Assembly (NCBI GenBank): GCA_002269645.1
Contig: NIVC01000152.1
Span: 372,001-436,000, forward strand
Source of the DNA: Macrostomum lignano
Taxonomy: Eukaryota
Direction: 5' to 3'
DNA length: 64,000 nt
A model generated the notes under the pieces. It saw only the letters and a program-made list of their open reading frames with translations, made no database searches and was not told where the DNA came from. The position numbers and the translations under genes were made by a program. Shown here piece by piece: positions 12,181 to 24,311 of this stretch (within the stretch, counting starts at the first letter, position 1; the number at the start of each line of letters is the position of its first letter).

Positions 12181-13531
12181 TGGAATGTTAACTAGCAGTC
12201 ACGGTTAGTAGGTTAGGCCTACTGCTACTAGGAAGCCCAAAAAGTCAAATCCAAGTGGTAGGGGCCTAAGTATAGAACAAACAGTCAATAACCAGATTTA
12301 AGGCTTGCAGCAAAGAATTTAGTAGATAACATCGCGTCAGTTTTAGTATAAGGATAGAAGCTCTAATTCAAGAAAACACTGGCAAGAGCAAATGCCAGCA
12401 GTATTACATTTTATAATGACAAAAGCAAGCAAACATCCAATAGCACGTCACAGCACACCAATCTTTGTCAATTTCTTTTGGACTTATCGCTATGCTAATT
12501 ATCAGCATGTAAAATGCCTTTGTCTAAGTTCTATTCTTGTCAGTGTCCGTGAAATATCAATCAGATGTTTTATAATTTTAAAATCGAGCAACGATTTTTA
12601 CAAGAAAAGCGTTGACGAATGTTTTACGTAGAAGCATATAGAGTCACCTGGGGGTAAAATAGCAAACTATTTTTCGCATTTTTAATCGAGTCGGGATGTA
12701 CCTGTATTTCGATCGAAGCTTGTAAATTTTGTTTAGCATAAAAATAAAATTAGATTATGAGCATTCAAGACTATTACAGTATATTGGCCTCCACCAATCA
12801 GACTTTTAAATAGAATCCTAGATTGTTTGAGAACCCTGCGATCAAGGACTACTGTATATAGCTATATACAGTGCGATATGAGCTCTTAGAGCCGACGTTT
12901 TTCCCTAGGCTTTAGGGGAGCAGGAAGCTCAGGTTAGTAAATCTGTCAGAACGAAGCGTGCCTAATTTTGGTCTGAGATCCACTGGAATTGACGTGAGAA
13001 TATAGAAGCGTCCTGCACAATCTTCAGCTTCTCTATCTGATACACTAGCCTACGTACACCACGCTTCTAGAGCCATTATAGGGAGCAGGGTGCCACATCC
13101 ACAGGCCCTGAAACGGGCTATCAGATGACGTACCCTTGCAGCAGCTTCATGTTATTACATGTACGAGTGAGCGGTGAGTGTACATGCAACGTTATAGCGG
13201 CCCCTAAAATGAATGGCGAACACAAAAGACGGCCGGCAGTATTACATGGGGCCCTGTGGAGCAGCTTTGGCACTCGCATGCAGCGCTAACCTTACTATAG
13301 CCGCCCCCAATAAAATCCTCAACATCGCAACATGCTCTAATCGAACTTTGTCACAACATGCAACAATGATTTATAGTCAATTTTGGACAGGTACTACTCA
13401 ATAGGGACGGGAAACTACAAGGTAGAGAGGCCATCTTTGATCCTTGAGTTACCTGGGTTAAAAAAAAACTTGGAACACATAGTATGTCACAATCAAAGTA
13501 TAAGTAATTATACGAGTTTTTTATTTCATGC

Positions 13532-13592
13532 CAAGGACAACTTGATAACTGCCTGATAACTATTACAACTAATTGTTATCAAGTTGTCCTTG
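13532..13592. mobile_element. 61-bp micro-element with 18-bp perfect TIRs and 8-bp TSD, P-element-like ends
   Basis: CAAGGACAACTTGATAAC...GTTATCAAGTTGTCCTTG, flanked on both sides by TTTCATGC. Confidence 0.8.
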
Positions 13593-14175
13593 TTTCATGC
13601 CTGACACTTGTTTACTCGTACTTGCACCCATAGACACTTAGCTTTAACTGATGGACATGAAGAAAATTAAAAGCAAAAGTATCAATGCTGTTTTGAATTG
13701 CCCTAGTCTCATATGCTGCTCTCTCTCTCTTTTGTTTTCCACGGATTAGCATGGCGTCTGTGAAGGCTAAATAAGACACAGTACATGTAGAAGCACAAGC
13801 TGCACACGCATCGCCACCATGACGCACATCCTGTCCTGGGGAGACCGGCATGTTGAAGACAACGACTCTGAGTGCGTTGATCTTCAGGAGGCAAGCGATC
13901 AGCCCATCGTGGACGTCAGCAGTTGCAGGTAGGCCACCAATTAAAAAAGGTAGCTTGTGAATTGAACTGGGAAGCGTGTGAATTAAACAAATATTGAGTA
14001 TATTACCGTAAATATATGCATAAATACGCATTACAACCTTAAATTGAATTGGTTTATCGGCAATCTTAACCCCTCCCCCGATGGTGAGACACCGATCAAT
14101 GAAATCAATTTTATTGCACAAAAATTGTTAAAAGCAAAAAGCAAAAAGCAAAAAAAAGCAAAAGCAAAAAAGCAA

Positions 14176-15146
14176 AGGCCTGCGGCGCCAAAATGAGTGC
14201 CTGCGGCGCCAAAATGAGTGCCTGCGGCGCCAAAATGAGTGCCTGCGGCGCCAAAATGAGTGCCTGCGGCGCTAAAATGAGTGCCTGCGGCGCTAAAATG
14301 AGTACCTGCGGCGCTAAAATGAGTGCCTGCGGCGCTAAAATGAGTGCCTGCGGCGCTAAAATGAGTGCCTACAGCGCTTAAATGAGTGCCTGCGGCGCTA
14401 AAATGAGTGCCTGTGGCGCTAAAATGAGTGCCTGCGGCGCTAAAATGAGTGCCTGTGGCGCTAAAATGAGATCCTGCGGCGCTAAAATGAGTGCCTGCAG
14501 CGCTAAATTGAGTGCCTGTGGCGCTTAAATGAGTTCCTGCGGCGCCAAAATGAGTGCCTGCGGCGCCAAAATGAGTGCCTGCTGTGGCGCCAAAATGAGT
14601 GCCTGTGGCGCTAAAATGAGTGCCTGTGGCGCTAAAATGAGTTCCTGCGGCGCTAAAATGAGTGCCTGCGGCGCTAAAATGAGTGCCTGCGGCGCCAAAA
14701 TGAATGCCTGCGGCGCTAAAATGAGTGCCTTTGGCGCTAAAATGAGTGCCTGTGGCGCTAAAATGAGTTCCTGCGGCGCTAAAATGAGTGCCTGCGGTGC
14801 TAAAATGAGTTCCTGCGGCGCCAAAATGAGTGCTTGCGGTGCTAAAATGAGTACCTGCGGTGCTAAAATGAGTGCCTGCGGCGCTAAAATGAGTGCCTGT
14901 GGCGCTAAAATGAGTGCCTGTGGCGCTAAAATGAGTTCCTGCGGCGCTAAAATGAGTGCCTGCGGTGCTAAAATGAGTACCTGCGGTGCTAAAATGAGTG
15001 CCTGTGGCGCTAAAATGAGTGCCTGTGGCGCTAAAATGAGTGCTTGCGGCGCTAAAATGAGTGCCTGTGGCGCTAAAATGAGTGCCTGTGGCGCTAAAAT
15101 GAGTGCCTGTGGCGCTAAAATGAGTGCCTGTGGCGCTAAAATGAAT
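14176..15146. repeat. 21-bp minisatellite (GCCTGCGGCGCTAAAATGAGT), ~46 copies
   Basis: Direct periodicity. The same unit occurs inside the MITEs at 15736-16179 and 53726-54120. Confidence 0.95.
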
Positions 15147-15735
15147 GCCTCTCGTCTCGTCTCCTCTTTTGCCTCGCCTCTCGCTCCTCGTTCCTCGTGT
15201 CTCCTCTCTATTCTCTATCATCTCTCCCCTTCTCTGGCCCCCAGTCATGCGCTAGGTGCAGTATCTGAAGTAAGAAAGTTTTCCGACCCCGGTCTAGATT
15301 TAATAATTAACTTGAAGAAAGACATTCAAATGTATTGGAGCATCAGAAGCTTTAAGATACTGCACGCTCTTGTCGCTCAGCTCAGTCACTGCATTCTGGA
15401 GGCTCTCCTCAATGCGTGGGCTTATTAATACGAGCATTAATGACAAAAGAACCCAAACGTACTCATTAGGATTGCAGCCGTGCTATTTCCACGTCTTGTT
15501 AAAGTTCACGAGTTCAATCAATCTGCTTGATAGGTTGCATAATCGAGTGCATGTGCTGGGAGAGCGCGCGGCTTGAGCGATGGAACTGCCTTGCTGACGT
15601 GTGTAGATCTTGATAGTCCAATCCCTGGGAGCGACTATATTAGGACACTTGCACAATACATGTATTATATAGTATTACAGTAGTTTTGGCGCCGAGTGTT
15701 TTAATGCATGAATATAGAAAACTTTGAGATTAACT

Positions 15736-16179
15736 CAGTGGCGTAGCCAAGAATTTCAATTGGGGGGGGGGGCGGGTTGGCTAGCCATGCCTTATGCCAT
15801 TGCCACTTTTGGCGCCGCAGGCATTCATTTTAGCGCCACAAGCACTCATTTTAGCGCCGCGGGCACTCATTTTGGCGCCGCAGGCACTCATTTTAGCGCC
15901 GCAAGCACTCATTTTAGCGCCGCGGGCACTCATTTTGGCGCCGCAGGCACTCATTTTAGCGCCACAGGCACTCATTTTAGCGCCGCAGGCACTCATTTTG
16001 GCGCCGCAGGCACTCAATTTAGCGCCGCAGGCACTCATTTTAGCGCCGCAGGCACTCATTTTGGCGCCGCAGGCACTCATTTGCCTCATGGTTTTTGGTA
16101 CCCGCCGCGCCCAACCCCACCCCCCAGGCGATTGGGGGGGGGGCCGCGGCCCTCCCGCCCCCCCCTGGCTACGCCACTG
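15736..16179. mobile_element. hAT-type MITE carrying ~13 copies of the 21-bp repeat
   Basis: TIRs CAGTGGCGTAGCCA / TGGCTACGCCACTG. Perfect 8-bp TSD GATTAACT at 15728-15735 and 16180-16187. Confidence 0.9.
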
Positions 16180-16233
16180 GATTAACTTCCCATTATTTAA
16201 AAAAATTGTTTAAATCCAATCGATTTTACACAG

Positions 16234-19200
16234 AGTTCCATGCGACGCAGCTTTTCTAAAACACTTCACTCCGAGGTACATCAAGGTCAATGGGTCGAAG
16301 CCGCGCTACATGTGGGCTAGTCGTGAATTCTACACTGCCAAAGACTTAGTGGAACAAAACACTCCGGCTTACACTGTCTCCGGCTTCGGCCTGCTCGATG
16401 CCTGTCTGCATGCCTACGCCAGCAATGCGACCTTGGTGCTGCACCCGCTGGATATTCTACTCAACCTGTGCTATACGTATGGAAGTGAGTACCAATAAGG
16501 AATGAAAAACGGTACATTCTATAGTTATTAACCATTTTTAAAAATGTCGTTTCAGTTAAAACGGTTTCAATTAAAAATTTATAGATGGATTTCAATTAAA
16601 ATTTATAGATGGAATTCATTGTGTGCACCTGTAAGTACGAACTTGTAAGAATACAAGTTCATCTGGGATCCAAGTCTTTAGAAATCAGTGGTCTGGGGGA
16701 AAAGTTTGCTGTTAAAGTTTGCCTTTTCGTTTGCTGCGGGGCAATTAGGTACGTGTTAAAGGGAGCAGAGCAGGGGCCCGTGCAATGAAACTAGCTCGTA
16801 GATTAACTTTGAATTTCGTTATAGATTTTTTAGATTAAATCTTTTGAATTTAACAAAATGGTTACCACACTGATCGTCGAAATTCAGATTGATGATAAAT
16901 AAGCCTGTTGTGATGCAATCTTTATCAGAAACAGAATTCAATCAGTCAGGCTTTTCTTTAACTTACTCTTGATTGATATCGGCTCTTGAACGCTTGACTT
17001 AGGTGTTAGGAGTGGAATCCCACAGTCCTCGTTTTACGAGTATAATACGCTCACTCCTAACCACTTGACTCCTAACGCGGCCTCATTCACTCCTAACTCC
17101 TTGAGTTCGCTCCTATATAGCTTGGCACGCTCATTCCTAACTGTTGCACGACTCCTAGACTCTTTCAAGAGACTTCTAAACACTTGAACTTGAATCTTAC
17201 TTCATAGCGCGCACTGCTGCCTCAATTGTGAAGAGTTGGGAGATACTTAAACTCTTGACTTCTAATCCTAGCGACATGTGCGCAACCACATTCATTTGAG
17301 GCTTTTGAACGAAAGTTAGCCATGGTTCTCGTGCGATTCACACTCACAAGGGCCAGCTCCCAAGGCACGGAGAGTGTAAATGCTTGACGATTGGCAAGTC
17401 AGGGCCACTGTACACCCTGTGTGATCGTGTGTATGATGAGTACGACTGTGCGTGCCTGCGCACACAGTATTGGCGCTTGAACGAGCGTACGTGCTCAGGA
17501 GGCAGCGGAGTGGGTGGAATCGCTGGTTGTGGGACGATTTCGCCGAAAGCGTTGCACCGGGAGCCCACAAGTCCATACCAATTGCTAATAACTATCGAGC
17601 AACGCTAAAATAATTTCCATAAGTGAATATCTTATAAGTATGTGCAAATAGGTTCTCTGGTGTGGTCTACGGTTTAGGTAGCTCAGTAGTTATTACCTAC
17701 CGCTGACGACAAGTCCTGGGCTGAGAATATTATCGTTCATAGCAGGAATTCGTTAAACAATTCAGACCACCGCAAGAATCCGATACGTAACAACAACGAA
17801 GAGCTTGCAAAGATCACTCAAATCCGGCTCAAGCGCCCGTTCACCCGGTCGCACTTAATCCTGGCCGCTGTGGCCCGGCTGGCCCGCCGGGTTGAGACCT
17901 ACCCGCTGCCAAAGCTGTTCAGACTAATCAACACTGAGCTAAACTCTCCGGATCATTTAGTGGTTCGGTTGGCAATCGGCATGCTTTGCTACCTCGCTGG
18001 CACCAAGGAGACAACCAGGCTGACGGTGGAGCACATGCGAGGCTTGTTCGAATTGGAGGAATCCAGCGAGACGCTGATGGAGCCGTTGGTTCACAACAAT
18101 TGGTGAGCCTGTCGTAGCATTCAGATGGCTGAAAATATAAAAGGTGTATAAATTTCGGCAAGTAAAAGTAGTTTATCGCTTGTTTTAACAGGACCATCGC
18201 ACCGACCGGGGTACTTGACGTCCGTCACGAACCTCAAGCGACAGCAAGCCGCCGGCTGCGCAGTCTTGCCAAAGACGTCAACAATCAGCAGGCGACAGCG
18301 CGGAAAAGCAGTCAGAGCCGAGAAGGGGCCATCGGCGATCTAATGGAATGTGAGGTTAACGCGGATGCGATTGACGTCTTGTCAACATCTGCTGTCGAAT
18401 GGACGCCTAAGCGACTAAGGCCGCAGCGGGATCAGCTGGTTTTGGATGACGCGAGTGAAGCTGGCGTTCAATTGCAGGCAACAAGAAATGGACAAGAGAC
18501 GGAGGGGGCGATGGGCGGGACAAATGAAATGCGCGTGAATGGAGGCGAGTGGCGCACAATGCTTGATGCCAGGCTCACCGAAGACGGCCATGGCAGTCAG
18601 GACAGTCAGCAACTGCTTAATAGGGCTGGAGTTGAAGCAAATGCCGCTGGAGTCGCCGCTCCTCCGCCATCAACAACTGTGGGTTTTATCATTGTTATAG
18701 CTGAATTGTTTCTTTGCTAATGTCTTTAACACCGTAAACAGTGGCTCCTGTACTGGTAGCTTTTAGTAGTAAAGAAAATATAAAATATTCAAGCCAGGTT
18801 TAGGAAAGTAAAACAGTGAAAGTTTAGCGCTACGTTAATCTGTAAATCTGTCAACTGCATCTTGAAGCAATTTCAGAGAGAGTTCTACAGAAGTCAGAGG
18901 AACAATGCAAACCGGCCCAGCGTCATTGAGGCTCAGGAATGGGCACCGAAAAAGATTACGCCGGGCAAAATTTACGATATTAAAAAAGGTAAGATGTTGA
19001 ACTGACTACTTCCAACATGTAGATGAAAAATGCTGTCATTTTTTGCGACAAGAATAGATTAAGCATTGTTTATTCTAGCGAGTGCCTAAGTGTTGAGAAA
19101 AGTTACTGAAAATTTAAAACAATTCCAGAGAATGGAATCCAGTCGGTAAAGTTTCTGGGAAGTCGACGCGCCTGGGTGGAATTACCCGAGATGATGTTTG

Positions 19201-20980
19201 AGTTGTGTACGTTTTTCGGTATGGAAAGGCGTGTGATAAATGAAATAGTCGATATTGGCAAATTCTTACAGACGAGTCGGTTGAACATGAATCAGCAGTG
19301 CAGGTAAGCACTTCTCAAGGGTTTATATTGGTGTTCTAATAAGTATGTTGGTTCTTGACCTATTCGAAATGCATATTTGAACTTAGCGCTACTAATAAGA
19401 GTGGAGAGCCCGACATTTTACGGTCGCTATTTGCCTGCCAAAAATTTGGCCAACTATCAATACGCTCGTACTTGAGTATTTGATCGTATTTGGCAGATCA
19501 GAGCAGTGAAATTCTGCGGACCTGTCAAAACGGTTTCGTGCCTTCAATAGGGTACTTTCTACGATTTCTCGCTATCGTTTGTCGCTCGCCGTCTTTCCTT
19601 TTACTACGCTCGTAAAGTAGTCTCCATTCTGTCTGGGTAAACTAGGAAATAGCCGGCAGTGAAAAGAGGATGGGATCTTGACCTTAAAAATGACCTTATG
19701 AAGACACAGCTAGTAAAATCGTTCGTTAACCATCATCCATCAAGAGGCTTTCCCAGAGGGGATAAGCGTCGAACAAGGGCCTTTTTATTTGAGCTTAAGG
19801 CTTTCAAACAGAAATGATTTCTCACTCGGGAAATACTACCTCACCGGCAAAGAAAGAAGACTTGTTTGAAAACCGTCTCAGTCGAACATTTGGTCGCCCT
19901 GAACAGTAAACAGTAAACAGTAAACAGCAAGCACTAGGCGATGGCTTTTTGGATGAATTTGCGTATTCGCTGCGAGCTTTTTCGTATCCGTGTCGCCCAT
20001 TGTCACATTTGCATTCAACAGATTAGTACAGTAATAATAATAACTGCAGGCGGACTGCATGCACCCTGGAGCAACGCCTACGGCGACATCGTCTCAGAGC
20101 CACCATCGCTGAGGCAATTCCGCCCATTCCGCTGGCTCCTGAGCACATGCAAGCGTGGATACTGTACGCAGGCACTCACACACGCTCACACAGGGTGTAC
20201 AGTGACCCCTGACTTTCCAACTTTTAGGCATATACATTCCTGCGCCTTGAGAGATGATACTTTTGGTGTACTTAATTTTCGTGCAAAAGCCTCAAATGGA
20301 TGTGGCCACGCACGAATCTGAACTTGGGGTCATGGTGCAACAGTCCGACGCGTTTACTGTCGAGCTATACTTAGCAACATTGAAAAGTCGCCACCCTTTG
20401 TCCCAGTGAGCAGTGTCTTTCGACCATCAAATCCATCAAATCTTCGCCCTCCGCTCTCCCCAATCCCTCCTCACCCAGTCCAACTCTGCGTCGCGTGGCG
20501 CAAGTTGCGTCATTCAAAAGTCAATACTGACATAAAATTTACTGCGCACACTCAAAGGTGGCGTCTTTTCAATGTTTTTGAGTATACTTTTCCTCTAAAT
20601 TTGTACAGAAAACGCATACCTTTCATTGACGCCTTGGCAGGAAGTTCTGGAGCAACATACTGTTTAAAAATGGCCAACCGAAAACCTTGCCCGAAGCTGA
20701 CTATCAAATTGACGGCTGGCTGTCAACTCTTCTGGGCGCTCGGCTGTTTAGCGATCAGAGCGGCATGAATCTGCGGCATCTGGTCGACATGAAGACTGGC
20801 GTCAGGCTGCCTGTGCTGTTGGTGCGGCTGCCTAACAAGGAGACCCACGACAGCGAGACGGGCATGGCGCCCGCTGCGACGCTATCGGCGGTGATCTCAG
20901 ATGACAGCGTGCTGGACGGCACGGATTTGGCCCGGCAGAAAACTAGGCTAATTTTCTACGACGAATACAGGTTCAGTTAG
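16234..20980 (+). CDS. DUF4419-like protein, multi-exon; exons ~16234-16484, ~17690-18102, 18192-18678, 18877-18988, 19129-19303, 20641-20980 (5' end not resolved)
   Basis: Motifs GLLDACLHAYASNATLVLHPLDILL, NGIQSVKFLGSRRAWVEL and KFWSNILFK...YQIDGWL resemble the DUF4419 blocks (AY..H..LVL.PDDIW; GIP.V.L.GT..DW..L; FW..I...I.GW). Splice phases are consistent across the last five exons. The join between the first two exons is not resolved. Confidence 0.6.
17330..17605 (+). mobile_element. SINE-family fragment (body), related to copies at ~20060-20420 and ~49750-50080
   Basis: Shares TGTACACCCTGTGTG, GCGTGCCTGCGCAC/TACAGTA and CGATNTCGCCGAA blocks with the reverse complement of the other copies. 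Confidence 0.55.
20060..20420 (-). mobile_element. tRNA-derived SINE copy in a DUF4419-like intron
   Basis: Colinear similarity to 49750-50080, including the decayed tRNA-like head (GACGCGTTTAC...GAGCT). Confidence 0.55.
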
Positions 20981-22869
20981 CTTTCTCATTATGGGGAGCT
21001 CAATGAGCTAGTTGGTGAAGCTTTTGTAAATGAATAGCTGCTGCCCGTGGGGGAAATTTCTAGATCAAATGACGTATAAAGACAAAGTACTCGTAGAATG
21101 TTCCAGAGGGAACATTTGCGCCTTCACAGTAAAGAGAACACAGCGAAATTTTGTCAACACGTACACGGGATTGAAATCTTGGTCTAATTTATTTTGTTTA
21201 ATGTGCCTGGCTTCTTCAGTACATAGTTTGAATTCGCTGTTTTCGATTAAAGCAGCCATTGATCTTTAAAAACAGTTAAAGCCAGATTTTACCAACTTCC
21301 GAAACACTCAAGGGAGAAACTGCTGCTGAACAGTTCGGGAAACGCCTGTGAAGAGCCCGTCGGCCTGTTCATGCCCTGGCGCAGCTGCGAGGCTGTCAAT
21401 AGGACTCGACGGCTGTGGCGCCACATCGGTGGAGACTCTCCCGCGGTGTCCCGGCCACTGAGTGAAGCGCTGCGCGGCCAGGCCGCCAGAAATTTGAACA
21501 ATGTTGACAGCGTGAGTGGGACGGAGCGTTAGCCTTAGCGAACCATAACCCTAATCGCATACAGTTTTTAGTCTTCATCTATTTATTCTTCTGATGGATA
21601 ATCGAATCGAATATACTTTGATGTGCTAAATAGTAAGCATCAGGAAGATGTGAACCTTGGGGCTCTGAACAGCTAGCAATCGTATGAGCGACCTTGCCTG
21701 TGAATTACAGAGACTTTCATTCTATCAACTCATTCAACTCTTCCGACACCTTTTCGAATAGCCGAGATGCCACTGCGCACTAAGCTAATCAAAGTTCGAG
21801 CAGAATTTGGGGATAGTTTACTGAGATCGCCGTATTAATTATCAATAGATTAAGCTCTTGTGGGGGCCATGTGCGCATGGATATCTGTTTGAGCGTCGCG
21901 AGACTCCCAGCCAGGCCCTTTGAGATTTGCTTCGACTTTCAGGCTTAAAGACAATTGTTGAGATGCCAAATATCGATTGAAACTTGGCCATTGTGATTGA
22001 AATTGTGACTGTTGTACTTCGTATGTTTTTCCCTATATTATTATTAATATTTGAAGTAGTTAAGAACTATGATTTCATCCAGTTTTGTAACTGAATTTCA
22101 GCAAACCACTGTTAGCCGAAGATCAGACATGACTTCTGTCGACGACGAGCTGGCAGTCCATATTTGGACCATTAGGAATCACAACTACTCGAAATCCAGG
22201 TGGGTATGACTGTTCGTCATATTAAGTTGTTGTTATTAAGACTTACATATCAGTTAGTACGTGATACTATGATGAAAGGAGTTGTTACTTGTAGTTGAAA
22301 AAAGAATATTCAGTAGTATACAATGCTCATTTTCCCGCCTCGCCCCATCGCCCAGATTCTGCTGCGGTTGTCGATCAAAACGCGTGACAAGGAGCCAATC
22401 AGAGCCCGCCTACAATATGTGCTGCCTGATGAGTGGCATGTGCGGCTTCACCTTACAGCCAGTCGCCAGTGCCGACTCGACACAAGTGAACCAATCCGTT
22501 CCGAAGCAGAATTGCGTGCGACCAATTTGCTTCTTTGAAATCGTATTCGAGGGGGATTGACTCATTTCTTAACTCAAGGTATAAATGTTCGCATCCCTTT
22601 TTTGCTTTGAACCGATGTTAATTCATCGATGACAAAAGCCTGAATGGCGCTTTCAATATCATGTAGTAGTCTACAAGTACAAGTATTCATGACGTTCCCA
22701 TTAATTCGGAACTCTATTTGACGTCATATCACAAAAATTTCCGGTCAGAATGCTATTACTTTCGAGTCCTTTTCTCAATTTGTTCTTAAAAGCAATTATA
22801 TTTGTTTTGTTTTGCTTATCCAAACCCAGTACTAACCCAAAATCTCTTCGTGAGTTCTTTTCTCAGGGA

Positions 22870-23440
22870 ACAGCTGGGCCCCCACCTCACGCCTTCCCCC
22901 ATGCACAGCTGGGCCCTCACCTCACGCCTTCCCCGATCCACAGCTGGGCCCCCACCTCACGCCTTCTCCCATGCACAGCTGGGCCCCCCCACCTCACGCC
23001 TTCCCCCATGCACAGCTGGGCCCTCACCTCACGCCTTCCCCCCATGCACAGCTGCCCCCCCACCTCACGCCTTCCCCCATGCACAGCTGGGCCCCCACCT
23101 CACGCCTTCCCCCATGCACAGCTGGGCCCTCACCTCACGCCTTCCCCCATGCACAGCTGGGCCCCCACCTCACGCCTTCCCCATGCACAGCTGGCCCCCC
23201 ACCTCACGCCTTCCCCCATGCACAGCTGGCCCCCCACCTCACGCCTTCCCCCATGCACAGCTGGGCCCTCACCTCACGCCTTCCCCCATGCACAGCTGCC
23301 CCCCCCACCTCACGCCTTCCCCCATGCACAGCTGGGCCCCCACCTCACGCCTTCCCCCCATGCACAGCTGGACCCTCACCTCACGCCTTCCCCCATGCAC
23401 AGCTGGGCCCCCATCTCACGCCTTTCCCGTATGCACAACT
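22870..23440. repeat. ~35-bp C-rich minisatellite (GCACAGCTGGGCCCCCACCTCACGCCTTCCCCCAT), ~16 copies
   Basis: Direct periodicity with variable homopolymer lengths. Confidence 0.92.
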
Positions 23441-24311
23441 GCGACTCCTACCTCACACCTTCACCAATGACATTTGAAACGCAAAAGAAAAAAGCTAACA
23501 GACTGCATCTTAAAAAAAGTAGCTACTTGAATCTTCAAAGTCACTTCTCCCCTCATCAAACACAGGTTGCTGAAACAAAAAAGCAAAATTCCAGTAGTCA
23601 AAGCCATCTAGTTGATCCTAATCCCCAAAGCTTCAACAAGCTTTCTTTGTCTGTGTAGTGTGGAAGTGTATTCCGAGAAGCATTTTTTTCAAATAAAACT
23701 AATATCTTTGTTTCCAATGCAATCTTAACTTATTAATTTACAATCATGCGCAGCAGGTTATTTGAAATTCAAGTGCTGGCAGTTGGGGTAATCTAACACC
23801 TACACTAGTACTGGAAGTAGCATAGGGCGATGCAAAAATGCTATCAGCAACATTACAGTTTATGCATTTAAAAAGGCTCGTTTAGACACTGAGGCGCATG
23901 AAGTTGCTTCCTGGTCATATCCGTAACCGGTCCAATAGAAAATGACAGCTAACAGACAACATTGTTTCCCCCGCTTCCGGCGTAGCCTGCAACTGTCTCG
24001 GCAGCAACAAGAGGCTATTGATTTTTTAGTCCACCAAGACTCAACCACCCAGTGAAGCAGCTCAGCTCAACGCCAACAGATTTAACAGAAAACTACGCTC
24101 GTACCAATGGTCATGGAAGGGAGTGGGGAGAGGATTAGTGGTAAGGAAGATCTAAAGTTTACCCAGCAACCAGTGACAGCAGGGCCAGAATAATGGGTTT
24201 ACTGAAAAGAAAACAGCAAAAAAAGACTAGGAAGGCTTCGTGGAATTGTTTGAGAATAGGAAAAGCTACTGAATGCGGTTACCTCTCTCTCCCCTCTCTT
24301 CCAATTTCTCT

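Noticed and set aside
13612-13930. GC-richer minus-strand open stretch resembling an exon
   Set aside because: No recognisable motif and no linked exons identified.
14031-15428. AAGTHFS / MSACGAK repeat proteins
   Set aside because: Translations of the 21-bp minisatellite, which also occurs inverted inside a MITE.
22135-22540. Two possible plus-strand exons (MTSVDDELAVHIW...; LIFPPRPIAQILL...)
   Set aside because: No confident family match, and the splice phases could not be reconciled.
22750-23658. Pro/His-rich ORFs
   Set aside because: Derived from the 35-bp minisatellite with frame-shifting homopolymer variation.
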